Source of the DNA: an uncultured Chloroflexia bacterium
GTDB lineage: Bacteria > Chloroflexota > Limnocylindria > Limnocylindrales > CSP1-4
NCBI GenBank assembly: GCA_963828165.1
Contig: CAWHDR010000001.1
Location: 1,952,001 to 2,016,000 of the forward strand
Direction of reading: 5' to 3'
DNA length: 64,000 nt
Both the position numbers and the translations under genes were made by a program. Under the pieces are notes generated by a model that saw nothing but the letters and a program-made list of their open reading frames with translations, was not told the DNA's origin and made no database searches. Position 1 is the first letter of the stretch, and each line of letters begins with the position of its first letter. Below are positions 10,152-19,997 of this stretch, one piece after another.

Positions 10152-10212
10152 CGTGCGCGGCAGCCAACGGCTCGCTCAGGAGCCCGAGGGCGTGACGGTA
10201 GAATGGCGCGCG

Positions 10213-11475
10213 ATGCCCAACCCGCTCGTCGTCCAGAAATTCGGTGGCTCATCGGTCGCCGGTGCGGATCGCATCAAGCGCGTCGCCCGGCGGATCGCAC
10301 GTGAGCGCGCGGCCGGCCACGACCTCGTTGTCGTCGTGTCCGCCATGGGCGACACGACGGATGAGCTCCTCGGGCTCGCCGCAGGCATCACCGATGAACC
10401 CGACCCGCGAGAGCTCGACGTCCTGCTCGCGACCGGCGAGCATCAGAGCGCGACGCTGGTCTCGATGGCCCTGCACGCGATCGGCGTTCCGGCGATCAGC
10501 CTGAGCGGCCCGCAGGCCGGCATCACGACCGACGGCACATACGGACGCGCCCGGATCGCGGGGATCGAGCCACGTCGTGTGCGCGCGGAGATCGAGGGCG
10601 GGAAAGTCGTGATCGTGGCGGGGTTCCAGGGTCAGAGCGCCACGTCCGCGATCGATCAGGAGATCACGACGCTGGGCCGCGGTGGCAGCGACACGACCGC
10701 CGTGGCGCTCGCGGCCGCCCTCCAGGCGGACCGCTGCCAGATCTTCACCGACGTGCGCGGCATCTTCACCGCCGATCCGCGCCTCGTGCCCATGGCCCGG
10801 CAGTTGCCGATCGTCGGCTACGAGGAGATGCTCGAGCTCGCCCACCAGGGCGCCCAGGTCATGCAGGTCCGGGCCGTCGAGCTCGGTTGGGTCAACGACG
10901 TCGTCATCGAAGTCCTGAGCTCCTTCGAGGACGCCCCGGGCACGCTCATCAAGGAGGACCCGCTCGTGGAGCAGCGCAACAAGGTCCGCGGGCTCGCCCA
11001 CGACCGCAACGTGGCCAAGGTCACGGTCGTCGCCGTGCCGGACCGGCCCGGCATCGCCCGCGCGATCTTCGATCCGCTGGCCGCCGCCGGCGTCAACATC
11101 GACCTCATCGTCCAGAACGTCGGCCACGGTGGTGAGACCGACCTCTCGTTCACCGTGCCCCAGCTCGAGCTCGGGAAGGCCAAGAAGACGCTCGATCCGG
11201 TCGTTCGCGAACTCGGGGCACGGGAGCTGACCACGGACGCCTCGGTCGCAAAGGTGTCGATCGTGGGGGCCGGGCTCCACAACGCACCGGGCTACGCCGC
11301 TCGGATGTTCGGCACGCTCGCCGATGCGGGCGTGAACATCGAGATGATCTCGACGTCGGAGGTCCGGATCACCTGCATGATCGCCGAGGATGAGCTCGAG
11401 ACCGCGCTGCGTGCGCTGCACGAGGCGTTCGAGCTGGAGCGACCCGAGCCGATCGAGGTCGCGGCGGCCGGCTGA
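10213..11475 (+). CDS. lysC: aspartate kinase with two C-terminal ACT domains
   Basis: VQKFGGSSV, VVSAMGDTTD, TTLGRGGSD, TDVRGIFTADPR and MISTSE motifs. Confidence 0.96.
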   Translation: MPNPLVVQKFGGSSVAGADRIKRVARRIARERAAGHDLVVVVSAMGDTTDELLGLAAGITDEPDPRELDVLLATGEHQSATLVSMALHAIGVPAISLSGPQAGITTDGTYGRARIAGIEPRRVRAEIEGGKVVIVAGFQGQSATSAIDQEITTLGRGGSDTTAVALAAALQADRCQIFTDVRGIFTADPRLVPMARQLPIVGYEEMLELAHQGAQVMQVRAVELGWVNDVVIEVLSSFEDAPGTLIKEDPLVEQRNKVRGLAHDRNVAKVTVVAVPDRPGIARAIFDPLAAAGVNIDLIVQNVGHGGETDLSFTVPQLELGKAKKTLDPVVRELGARELTTDASVAKVSIVGAGLHNAPGYAARMFGTLADAGVNIEMISTSEVRITCMIAEDELETALRALHEAFELERPEPIEVAAAG

Positions 11476-11486
11476 GCCGCAGCACC

Positions 11487-12305
11487 GTGACCGGGTTCCT
11501 CACCCGCCAGGAACGGTTCACCGTCGTCGGCTCGACGAACGACGTCGTGCGCGACTGGCTGGCCGCTGGGACCCCGGAGGTCTGCCTGGCGGTCGCCGAC
11601 GCGCAGACCGCGGGTCGCGGGCGAGAGGGCCGGACCTGGGTCGCCCCCGCGGGTGGCGCGTTGTTGCTCTCGCTCGGGTTCCGGCCGGCGTGGCTCGCAC
11701 CGGACCGGGTCTGGCGTCTGGCCGCGACGGCGTCACTGGCCATGGCCGAGGCGGCCGAGCACATCGCCGGGCTGCCGGACCGGACGATCCGACTGAAATG
11801 GCCAAACGACCTGGCGGTGGAAGCCACCGACGGCGTGCGCAAGCTGGCCGGAGTGCTCGGTGAGACCGATGGCCTGGGCGGGCCGGACCCGCGCGCGATC
11901 ATCGGCCTCGGGCTGAACACGGATTGGGCGGCAGACGACTTCCCACCCGAGCTTGCCGGGTCGATGACCTCGCTGCGCGAGGTGTCGTCGGGCCGTCCGA
12001 TCGACAACGACGCGCTGCTCGACGGGTTCCTCCGGCGACTGGAAGCGGACTTTTCGGCGCTGCGCCGCGGCCAGTTCGATATCGCCGCCTGGGCCGACCG
12101 GCAGATGACGAGCGGACGCCACGTCGAGCTCGTCGCCCCGGACGGTGCCGTGACCACAGTCCAGGCCCTTGGCGTGGACCCGGACACGGGTGCGCTCGCG
12201 GTCGAGGACGACAGCGTGCCGTCTGGCGCGCGCCACGTCGTCGTCGGGGAGATCCGTCACGTGCGCGTGGCCGCGACGGGCGCTGCGACCGGGGCCGGGG
12301 TGTAA
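11487..12305 (+). CDS. birA: biotin--[acetyl-CoA-carboxylase] ligase (no HTH domain)
   Basis: STND, QTAGRGREGRTW, LKWPNDL, KLAGVL and GLGLN motifs. Confidence 0.92.
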   Translation: MTGFLTRQERFTVVGSTNDVVRDWLAAGTPEVCLAVADAQTAGRGREGRTWVAPAGGALLLSLGFRPAWLAPDRVWRLAATASLAMAEAAEHIAGLPDRTIRLKWPNDLAVEATDGVRKLAGVLGETDGLGGPDPRAIIGLGLNTDWAADDFPPELAGSMTSLREVSSGRPIDNDALLDGFLRRLEADFSALRRGQFDIAAWADRQMTSGRHVELVAPDGAVTTVQALGVDPDTGALAVEDDSVPSGARHVVVGEIRHVRVAATGAATGAGV

Positions 12306-12309
12306 CGGG

Positions 12310-12948
12310 ATGGCACGACCGGCATTGAGGAGACTGGCACGACCGGAGGAGACCGTTCGTCCACGCCTCGCCCGCCTGGATCGCGATCGATCGCTCGTGG
12401 ATGCGGCGCGGAACGATCCGGCACGGTTCGACGCCCTGTATCGGAAGTACCTGGCCCAGGTGTACAACTTCGCGGTCTACGAGCTCGGCGACCACCACGA
12501 CGCCGAGGACGCCACCGAGCGCACCTTCCTGTCCGCCCTCGCCGGCCTGACCGGTTTCGAGGAGCGAGCGCGGCCAGAGGACGGGCCCGAGGCGTCCACG
12601 TTCCGGATCTGGCTGTTCCAGATCGCGCGCAACGTCGTGTCGGAGCGCCGGCGCCGCCGCCGTCGCCGACCGGAGGCCCCCCTCGAGATCGTCGCCGAGG
12701 CTCCCGACCCCGCCAACCTCGAGGAGACCGTCGTGCGGCGCGAGTTGGCGACCGCCGCATGGGGCGCCGTGGACCGTCTCACCGGGGATCGCCGTCGGGC
12801 GGTCGTCCTGCGGTTCGTCCACGAGATGACGACCGCGGAGATCGCGTCGATCCTGGGTCGGTCCGAGGGTGCGGTCCGGGTCCTCATCCACCGCGGCCTG
12901 CGGCGCGTGGCGGGCGATCTCCTGGCGCCGGATCGGGATCCTCGGTGA
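12310..12948 (+). CDS. ECF-type RNA polymerase sigma factor
   Basis: Region 2 (FDALYRKY...DAEDATERTF...FRIWLFQIARN) and region 4 (TAEIASILGRSEGAVRVLIHRG). Start is uncertain. Confidence 0.92.
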   Translation: MARPALRRLARPEETVRPRLARLDRDRSLVDAARNDPARFDALYRKYLAQVYNFAVYELGDHHDAEDATERTFLSALAGLTGFEERARPEDGPEASTFRIWLFQIARNVVSERRRRRRRRPEAPLEIVAEAPDPANLEETVVRRELATAAWGAVDRLTGDRRRAVVLRFVHEMTTAEIASILGRSEGAVRVLIHRGLRRVAGDLLAPDRDPR

Positions 12949-13412
12949 ACGGAGCAGGTACCACGCGCGATGGGGAGAACGAGGCGTTCGTGATCGACCG
13001 CTACCTCGAGTCGCTGCTGAGCCGAACACCGGCGGACGCGACCGACCTTGCGCCGGAGCTCCGTGAGACCGCTGCGGCGCTCGCGGGCGGGCTTCCCCGT
13101 TACCACCCGTCCTTCCGGTTCGAGGAAGCGCTCGCCCAGCGGCTCGCGCACGCCGCCGCGGCCATGGGACCCGCCGCCGAGCCGGTCGCCGAAACGGCTT
13201 CCGGCATCATCCCGTTCCCGCGACCCCTGGTCATGGATGCGGCGCTGGACGGGCGTCCCGGTACCTTCCGGCCAGCCGTCATCGGTGGCGTCCTGACGTC
13301 GGCGGCGATCTCCCTGGCCGGGGCGGCCTACGTCGCCTGGCGACGCAGCCGGCCGGCGGCCGATCCGATGGCCCGCGCGATCCGCGCCGCAGCCCGGCGA
13401 AGGACCGCCTGA
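12945..13412 (+). CDS. putative anti-sigma factor (single C-terminal TM)
   Basis: GTGA overlap with the ECF stop; PSFRFEEAL segment; TM AVIGGVLTSAAISLAGAAYVAW followed by RR. Confidence 0.6.
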   Translation: MNGAGTTRDGENEAFVIDRYLESLLSRTPADATDLAPELRETAAALAGGLPRYHPSFRFEEALAQRLAHAAAAMGPAAEPVAETASGIIPFPRPLVMDAALDGRPGTFRPAVIGGVLTSAAISLAGAAYVAWRRSRPAADPMARAIRAAARRRTA

Positions 13413-15403
13413 TGCCGCTCAAATTGCCGTCGTTCCGTGCCCGCCGGGACGTGTACCCGCCTGACCTGTGGACCAAGTGTCCGGTGTGCTCGACCATGCT
13501 CTTCAACAAGCAGCTCGAGAAGAACCTTCGAGTGTGCTCGACGTGCGGGCACCATTTCCGCCTGGCCGCCGGCGCGCGTCTCGAGCAGCTCCTCGACCCC
13601 GGCTCGTGGTTGGAGCGCGATGCCGGGCTGCAATCAGTCGATGCCCTGGGCTTCGTGGATCAGAAGCCGTACCCCGACCGACTGAGCGCCGCCCAGCTCG
13701 CGACGGGCATGCGAGACGCCGCCGTCTGGGGAACGGGCGCGATCGGGGGCACGCGGCTGGCCGCCTGCGTGATGGACTTCGGGTTCATGGGCGGCTCGAT
13801 GGGCGCGGTCGTCGGCGAGAAGGTGACCCGTGCGGCCGAACACGCCCTCGTGGCCCGCGTGCCGTTGCTGATCGTCAGCGCCTCGGGCGGGGCGCGGATG
13901 CAGGAGGGGACGCTGGCGCTGATGCAGCTGGCCAAGACCCTCGCGGCCCTCGAACGGCTACGCGCGGCGGGTGTGCCATTCGTCTCGATCCTGTCGGACC
14001 CGACGACGGGCGGGGTGTTCGCCTCCTTCGCGGCGGTCGGTGACGTGAACATCGCCGAGCCGAATGCCCTCATCGGGTTCGCCGGCGCCCGGGTCACGGC
14101 CGGCACGATCGCCGCCGAGCTGCCCGAAGGGTTCCAGCGCGCCGAGTTCCTGTACAGCCACGGGTTCATCGACCGGGTGGTGGCACGTCCCGAGATGCGC
14201 GGCGAGCTCACGCACCTGCTACGCCTGTTGCCCTCGCGCGGCATGACCGCCCCGCCGGTGGACCCCGCCGACGACGTCGCCGCGTTCCGGCCCCTGTCCT
14301 TCCTCTCGTCGATCGCGGACCGGGTGGGCGAGCTGGCGAACGGCGACGGTCCCCCGGCGCCCGCGCCTGCACGCGGCGAAGGCGGGAGCCCGGTCCCGAA
14401 CACGCTCCCGATGCCGGCGCCGGACAGCAACCCCACGGACGGGGCCCCGCCGAGCACGGCCACGACCGAGGAGGTCTGGGCGCGCGTCCAGCTGGCGCGC
14501 AACCTGCGCCGTCCGCGCACCCTCGAGTTCATCGCCGCGATGGCCGACGACTTCGTCGAACTCCACGGCGATCGGCTGTTCGGCGACGACGAGGCCATGG
14601 TCGCGGGCCTGGCCAGGATCGGGGGACGACGAGTCGTCGTGATCGGGCAGCAGAAGGGCGACGACACCGACGAGAACATCCGGCGCAACTTCGGCATGCC
14701 GCACCCCGAGGGCTACCGCAAGGCGATGCGGGTCATGGAGCTTGCCGAACGCGTCGGCCTGCCGGTCGTCACCTTCGTCGACGTCCCGGGCGCCCATCCG
14801 GGGCCCGAGTCGGAAGAGCGCGGCATCGCCGAGGCGATCGCCCGCTCGATCGGGCTGATGACCAGGCTGCGGACGCCGATCGTCGCGGTCATCACCGGCG
14901 AGGGTGGGTCGGGTGGAGCGCTGGCCATCGCCGTCGGGGACGTGGTCATCGCGCTCGAGAATGCCGTCTACTCGGTGATCAGCCCCGAAGGCTGCGCGTC
15001 GATCCTGTGGCGGACCTCGGATGAGGCCGCGACAGCCGCCGCCGCGATGCGCATGTCCGCGGCGGATCAGCACGCCCTCGGCGTGGTCGACATCGTCGTC
15101 GCCGAGCCAGGTGAGGGCGCGCACGCCGAGCCTGAGGAGACGGCCAAGCGCCTGCGCAGGATCATCGTCGACCGTCTCGACGCGCTGGCGGAGCTGCCCA
15201 CCGAAGCCCTGCTCGAATCGCGCTACCGGCGCTATCGGGCGTTGGGCGCCTACACTGAGGCCGCCCAACCCGAAGTCCCCGAACGTGTCGATCGTCGCCT
15301 GGCGGATCGATTGCGAGACCTGCTCGACCCGGCCCGTCGGGGCATGGCCCCGGTCACTGACAGCTGGTCCCGCGATGACCCGCCGGCGCGCGAGGAGGTG
15401 TAG
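13412..15403 (+). CDS. accD: fused acetyl-CoA carboxylase carboxyltransferase beta+alpha (AccD-AccA)
   Basis: AccD half: WTKCPVC...CSTC Zn finger, FMGGSMG, SGGARMQEG, PTTGGV. Pro/Ala linker. AccA half: ELHGDR, NFGMPHPEGYRKA, GEGGSGGA, YSVISPEG. Confidence 0.95.
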   Translation: MPLKLPSFRARRDVYPPDLWTKCPVCSTMLFNKQLEKNLRVCSTCGHHFRLAAGARLEQLLDPGSWLERDAGLQSVDALGFVDQKPYPDRLSAAQLATGMRDAAVWGTGAIGGTRLAACVMDFGFMGGSMGAVVGEKVTRAAEHALVARVPLLIVSASGGARMQEGTLALMQLAKTLAALERLRAAGVPFVSILSDPTTGGVFASFAAVGDVNIAEPNALIGFAGARVTAGTIAAELPEGFQRAEFLYSHGFIDRVVARPEMRGELTHLLRLLPSRGMTAPPVDPADDVAAFRPLSFLSSIADRVGELANGDGPPAPAPARGEGGSPVPNTLPMPAPDSNPTDGAPPSTATTEEVWARVQLARNLRRPRTLEFIAAMADDFVELHGDRLFGDDEAMVAGLARIGGRRVVVIGQQKGDDTDENIRRNFGMPHPEGYRKAMRVMELAERVGLPVVTFVDVPGAHPGPESEERGIAEAIARSIGLMTRLRTPIVAVITGEGGSGGALAIAVGDVVIALENAVYSVISPEGCASILWRTSDEAATAAAAMRMSAADQHALGVVDIVVAEPGEGAHAEPEETAKRLRRIIVDRLDALAELPTEALLESRYRRYRALGAYTEAAQPEVPERVDRRLADRLRDLLDPARRGMAPVTDSWSRDDPPAREEV

Positions 15404-15406
15404 CGA

Positions 15407-16033
15407 GTGCCCAGATCGCACCCAGGGGATGCGCGCGAACCCGTTGACGTGACCGTGGATCGCGCGGCGGACCATGCTGCGATCGACCGGCTGACGGACG
15501 AGCTGCTGCCCGCGCTCATCGCCAAGCTCGGCGCGACCGGCCTCGGCGAGCTCGAGGTCCGCGAGGGCGCCTGGCGGGTGCGCCTCCGCCGACCGATGGG
15601 CAATGGCACGGTCACCCCGGGTCCGACGCGGGAGCGCAAGGGCGGGGATCGCGCTGGAGGCGAGCGTTCGGAGGGCGCGCCCGACCGCGCCGGCGAACGT
15701 GCGCCCCGGACGTTGCATCGTCCGCTGGAGGCGAAGACCGCGCGGACCGAATCGCGCGCGGTGGCGACCTCGCCGGCTGTCGGGATCTATCGCTCGCGGG
15801 CCGACCTGTCCGCCGGGACGCGCGTCCGGGCCGGTGATCGACTCGGCGCGGTGGACATGCTCGGGGTCGCACAGGAGGTCGTGGCGCCCGTCGACGGGAT
15901 CCTCGGCACGAGCCTCGTGGAGTCGGGCGATGCCGTCGAGTACGGCCAGGAGATCCTGGTGATCCAGCTCACCACCGGCCATGCGCCCACGAACGGCACT
16001 GGGGCCGACGGCCGCGGACGAGGCACCGCCTGA
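15407..16033 (+). CDS. BCCP-like biotin/lipoyl-attachment-domain protein lacking the biotinyl-Lys (accB*)
   Basis: BCCP-type N-terminus (GLGELEVREG...VRLRR) and C-terminal SPAVG...GDRLGAVDMLG...EVVAPVDG...VESGDAVEYGQ; DMLG replaces EAMK. Confidence 0.85.
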   Translation: MPRSHPGDAREPVDVTVDRAADHAAIDRLTDELLPALIAKLGATGLGELEVREGAWRVRLRRPMGNGTVTPGPTRERKGGDRAGGERSEGAPDRAGERAPRTLHRPLEAKTARTESRAVATSPAVGIYRSRADLSAGTRVRAGDRLGAVDMLGVAQEVVAPVDGILGTSLVESGDAVEYGQEILVIQLTTGHAPTNGTGADGRGRGTA

Positions 16034-17403
16034 TGTTCAGAAAGGTCCTCATCGCGAACCGGGGCGAGATCGCGTTGCGGATCCTGCGTGCCTGCCGCAC
16101 GCTCGGCGTGGAAGCGGTCGTCGCCTACAGCGAAGGCGACCGTGATTCGCTGCCCGTGGGTCTCGCCGACGAGGCGATCTGCATCGGGCCGGCGGACGCG
16201 AAGCGCTCGTACCTGTCCGCTCCGGCCGTCATCTCCGCCGCGCTGGTCACCGGTTGCGACGCGATCCACCCGGGCTACGGGTTCCTGTCCGAGGACGAGG
16301 GGTTCGCCGAGGTGGTGGCAGCCCACGATCTGACGTTCATCGGTCCGCCGGCGGGCGTCCTGGAACGGTTCGCGAGCAAGGCTGGCACGCGCCAGCTGCT
16401 CGGCGGCTTCGGCCTGCCGACGATCCCGGGCTCCGAGGGGATGCTGCGCGACGACATGCACGCACTCGACGAAGCCAGTCGGATCGGCTATCCGGTCCTC
16501 GTGAAGCCATCCGCCGGCGGCGGGGGCAAAGGCATGCGCATGGTGCGCACGCCACGCGAGCTCGAGTCCGTGCTGCGGGTCTGCCGCAGCGAGGCCAAGG
16601 CCGCGTTCGGTGACGACTCCCTGTACCTGGAGAGGTGGCTCGACGAGAACCGGCACGTCGAGGTCCAGGTCGCGGTCGATCGGTACGGACACGGCGTCCA
16701 CCTGGGCGAGCGCGACTGCTCCGTGCAGCGGCGTCACCAGAAGATCCTCGAAGAGGCGCCCACGCCGGCGCTCTCCGATGCCGCCCGCGCCGACCTCGCC
16801 GAGCGTGCGCTCAAGGCCGTGGTGGCAGCTGGCTACGAGAACGTCGGGACGCTCGAGTTCCTCGTCGATCGCGACGGCAACTTCTATTTCATCGAGATCA
16901 ACTGCCGGATCCAGGTGGAGCATCCGGTGACCGAGGTCCTCACCGGCGTCGACCTCGTGGTCACCCAGATGCGGATCGCAGCGGGCGAGCCGCTCGGCAT
17001 CACGCAGGCGGACATCGCGTTCCGCGGGCACGCCATCGAGTTCCGCATCAACGCCGAGGATCCAGATCACGAGTTCCGGCCGAGCGCCGGGATCGTCGAG
17101 CGCTATCACGCTCCGGGCGGCCCGGGCATCCGTGTGGACTCCCATCTGTTCACCGGCTACGAGGTCCCGCCGTACTACGACTCGCTGCTTGGCAAGCTGA
17201 TCGTCTGGGGTCCCGACCGCCCTGCGGCGATCGCCCGCTCTCGGGTGGCCCTCGAGGAGCTCGTCATCGACGGGCTCGTGACGAACGTCGCCATCCATCA
17301 GGCGCTGCTGTCCTCGGAGGCCTTCCTCGAGGGCAAGATGACGACGAACCTGCTCGACCGGGTGGGGAGTGCCGCGTTCCTGGCTGCGGCCGCCCGGGTG
17401 TGA
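16033..17403 (+). CDS. accC: biotin carboxylase
   Basis: KVLIANRGEIA, HPGYGFLSE, GGGGKGM, ERDCSVQRRHQK, RIQVEHPVTE and YDSLLGK motifs. Confidence 0.97.
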   Translation: MFRKVLIANRGEIALRILRACRTLGVEAVVAYSEGDRDSLPVGLADEAICIGPADAKRSYLSAPAVISAALVTGCDAIHPGYGFLSEDEGFAEVVAAHDLTFIGPPAGVLERFASKAGTRQLLGGFGLPTIPGSEGMLRDDMHALDEASRIGYPVLVKPSAGGGGKGMRMVRTPRELESVLRVCRSEAKAAFGDDSLYLERWLDENRHVEVQVAVDRYGHGVHLGERDCSVQRRHQKILEEAPTPALSDAARADLAERALKAVVAAGYENVGTLEFLVDRDGNFYFIEINCRIQVEHPVTEVLTGVDLVVTQMRIAAGEPLGITQADIAFRGHAIEFRINAEDPDHEFRPSAGIVERYHAPGGPGIRVDSHLFTGYEVPPYYDSLLGKLIVWGPDRPAAIARSRVALEELVIDGLVTNVAIHQALLSSEAFLEGKMTTNLLDRVGSAAFLAAAARV

Positions 17404-17515
17404 CCCCGGACGCGACCGGACAGTCCGGTCCTATGCCATGCAGACCTGCACATGGTTCGTCGCAGGAGCCCGTCCGATTGGGCCAGACTGACGGACATCC
17501 CACCTGGAGCCGCCC

Positions 17516-18007
17516 GTGACCCACGCCGCACCCACCGCAACGACGACCGCCGCCCCGACCACGGTCCATACCGTCCGTGAGATCGAGGCCCTGATCCCGC
17601 ATCGCTGGCCGTTCCTGCTCATCGACCGCATCGTCGAGTACGACCAGGAGGCGAAGCGGATCGTGGCGATCAAGGGAGTGACCGCGGGGGAGTGGTTCTT
17701 CGCCGGGCATTTCCCGGGGCTGCCGGTCATGCCCGGCGTCATGCAGGTCGAGGCACTTGCCCAGACGATGGCCGTCTACGTGGCCAAGCAACCCGGATTC
17801 GGCGATCGGATCGGGCTGTTCGCCGGGATCGACGACGCGCGCTTCAAGCGCATCGTCAGCCCGGGCGACGTCCTCCGGCTGGAGATCACGATGGACAAGC
17901 TCGGCTCGCGGTTCGGACGCGGCCGGGGGATCGCCAGCGTCGACGGCGAGGTCGCCTGCGAGGCGACCATCAGCTTCGTGATCCCAGGAGAGGGCGTGCT
18001 CCGGTGA
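17516..18007 (+). CDS. fabZ: 3-hydroxyacyl-ACP dehydratase
   Basis: PHRWPFLLIDR and FFAGHFPGLPVMPGV...EALAQ motifs. Confidence 0.95.
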   Translation: MTHAAPTATTTAAPTTVHTVREIEALIPHRWPFLLIDRIVEYDQEAKRIVAIKGVTAGEWFFAGHFPGLPVMPGVMQVEALAQTMAVYVAKQPGFGDRIGLFAGIDDARFKRIVSPGDVLRLEITMDKLGSRFGRGRGIASVDGEVACEATISFVIPGEGVLR

Positions 18008-18750
18008 GTCGCCTCGCAGCCCTCTCCGACGTGCACGGCAACGCCACGGCGCTCGAGGCCGTGCTCGCGGACGTCGCGCGCGAGAAGCCGGACGCCGTGC
18101 TCGTCGCCGGCGATCTCGTGCTCAACGGACCGGAACCGGCGCTCGTCGTCGACGTCCTGCGCAGCCTGGCCGACGAAGGGGCGCTCGTCGTCGCCGGCAA
18201 CACCGACATCGCCGTCGCCGACTTCGACTATGCAGCAGCGTTCCCGTGGATGACCGACGGTGTGCCGGACGCCATCATCGACGCCGCGGAATGGGCGCAC
18301 GACGCGCTCGGCGCCGAGCGGATCGACTGGTTGCGTCGACTTCCGTCCGAGCGACGCTGGCGCACCGATGACGACACCCTCGTCCTGGTCTGCCACGCAT
18401 CACCCGGCTCGCAGACCGCGGGCTTCGACCAGGGGCTCGAGGCGTCCGTCACGATCGAGCGGGTCGCCCGGACCGACGCTCGCGTCATCGTCTGCGGCCA
18501 CACCCACCTGCCGGAGGTGCGCGATCTCGGCTGGAAGCTGATCGTGAACGACGGATCGGCCGGCTACGTGTTCGACGGCGAACCGACCGCGTCGTGGGCG
18601 CTCATCGACGTCGAGGGCGGTGACGTGCGCGCCGAGATCCGCCGGACCGAGTTCGACGTCCTGTCGGTCGCCAACGCCATCTCGGCGCGCGGGCTCGCTG
18701 GCGACGTATACCGTGCGGCCACCGTCCGAACCGGGAAGCTCGTCCGATGA
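18004..18750 (+). CDS. calcineurin-like metallophosphoesterase
   Basis: SDVHGN, GDLV, GNTD, HASP and GHTH motifs; start and stop overlap fabZ and fabF. Confidence 0.88.
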   Translation: MSRLAALSDVHGNATALEAVLADVAREKPDAVLVAGDLVLNGPEPALVVDVLRSLADEGALVVAGNTDIAVADFDYAAAFPWMTDGVPDAIIDAAEWAHDALGAERIDWLRRLPSERRWRTDDDTLVLVCHASPGSQTAGFDQGLEASVTIERVARTDARVIVCGHTHLPEVRDLGWKLIVNDGSAGYVFDGEPTASWALIDVEGGDVRAEIRRTEFDVLSVANAISARGLAGDVYRAATVRTGKLVR

Positions 18751-19997
18751 CGAGGCGGGTCGTGGTCACCGGGATGGGCATGCTCTCGGCGCTCGGCAAC
18801 GACGTGCCCTCCACGTGGGCGGGCCTGCTCGCCGGGCGACCCGGCATCCGGACGATCGAGGCCTTCGACCCGTCGCGGCTGACCGCACAGATCGCCGGCG
18901 AGGTGCGGGACTTCGACGCGAGCCACGTCCTGGACCGCAAGGACCAGCGCCGGACGGACCGTTACATCCAGTTCGGCCTCGTGGCCGCGCGCGAGGCGAT
19001 GGACCAGGCGGGGCTGCCGGCACGCCTCGAGGACAAGCTAGCGGAGCGGACCGGCGTGATCCTGGGGACCGGGCTCGGCGGCGTCGGGACCCTGAACGAC
19101 GGATTCTCGACGAACGCCCTGCGCGGCCCCGACCGGATCAGCCCATTCCTGATCCCGATGGGGATCCCGAACGTGGGTGCGGGGCAGATCGCCATCACCT
19201 ACGGCATGACCGGACCCAACTTCGCCACGGTGTCCGCATGCGCCACGGGTGGCCACGCCGTCGGTGAGTCGTACGAGACCATCCGTCGCGACGATGCCGA
19301 CATCATGCTCGCTGGCGGCTCGGAGGCGTGCGTCTTCGAGGTCCTCATCGGCGGGTTCGCCGCGATGCGCGCGCTCTCCACGCGGAACGACGACCCCGCC
19401 GCGGCGTCCCGTCCATTCGATACGGGCCGTGATGGCTTCGTGGTCGGCGAAGGCGCCGGTGTCCTCGTGCTGGAGGAGCTCGAGCACGCGCAGGGCCGCG
19501 GCGCGACCCCACTCGCCGAGCTCGTCGGGTACGGAGCGACCGCGGACGCGTCCCACATCACGCTGCCGGCTCCCGGTGGCATGGGAGCGGTTCGCGCAGC
19601 CAGGCGCGCCCTCGAGAAGGCCGGGCTCCAGCCCGAGGACGTCCAGCACGTCAACGCGCATGCCACCTCCACACCCGAGGGCGACAAGGCCGAGCTGCAG
19701 GCCATCAAGACGATCTTCGGTGACCATGCCGCGTCCCTGGCGATCACGGCGAACAAGTCGATGATCGGTCACACGCTCGGTGCCGCGGGTGCCGTGGAGG
19801 CGATCGCCACCGTGCTTGCCCTCCGCGACGGGTGCGTCCCTCCGACGATCAACCTGACCGACCCCGACCCGGAGGCCGAAGGGCTGGACATCGTCACCGG
19901 CGAGGCGAAGCGCCTTGACATGGCGGTCGGTCTGTCCAACTCGTTCGGGTTCGGCGGACAGAACACGGCCCTCGTCTTCCGCCGGTGGGACGCATGA
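18747..19997 (+). CDS. fabF: beta-ketoacyl-ACP synthase II
   Basis: RRVVVTGMG, SACATG (Cys), NAHATST, KSMIGHTLGAAG and NSFGFGG motifs. Confidence 0.96.
   Translation: MTRRVVVTGMGMLSALGNDVPSTWAGLLAGRPGIRTIEAFDPSRLTAQIAGEVRDFDASHVLDRKDQRRTDRYIQFGLVAAREAMDQAGLPARLEDKLAERTGVILGTGLGGVGTLNDGFSTNALRGPDRISPFLIPMGIPNVGAGQIAITYGMTGPNFATVSACATGGHAVGESYETIRRDDADIMLAGGSEACVFEVLIGGFAAMRALSTRNDDPAAASRPFDTGRDGFVVGEGAGVLVLEELEHAQGRGATPLAELVGYGATADASHITLPAPGGMGAVRAARRALEKAGLQPEDVQHVNAHATSTPEGDKAELQAIKTIFGDHAASLAITANKSMIGHTLGAAGAVEAIATVLALRDGCVPPTINLTDPDPEAEGLDIVTGEAKRLDMAVGLSNSFGFGGQNTALVFRRWDA

Noticed and set aside
10022-10212. Lysine riboswitch or attenuator upstream of ask
   Set aside because: No recognisable L-box elements; TAGAAT 8 nt before the ATG implies almost no leader.
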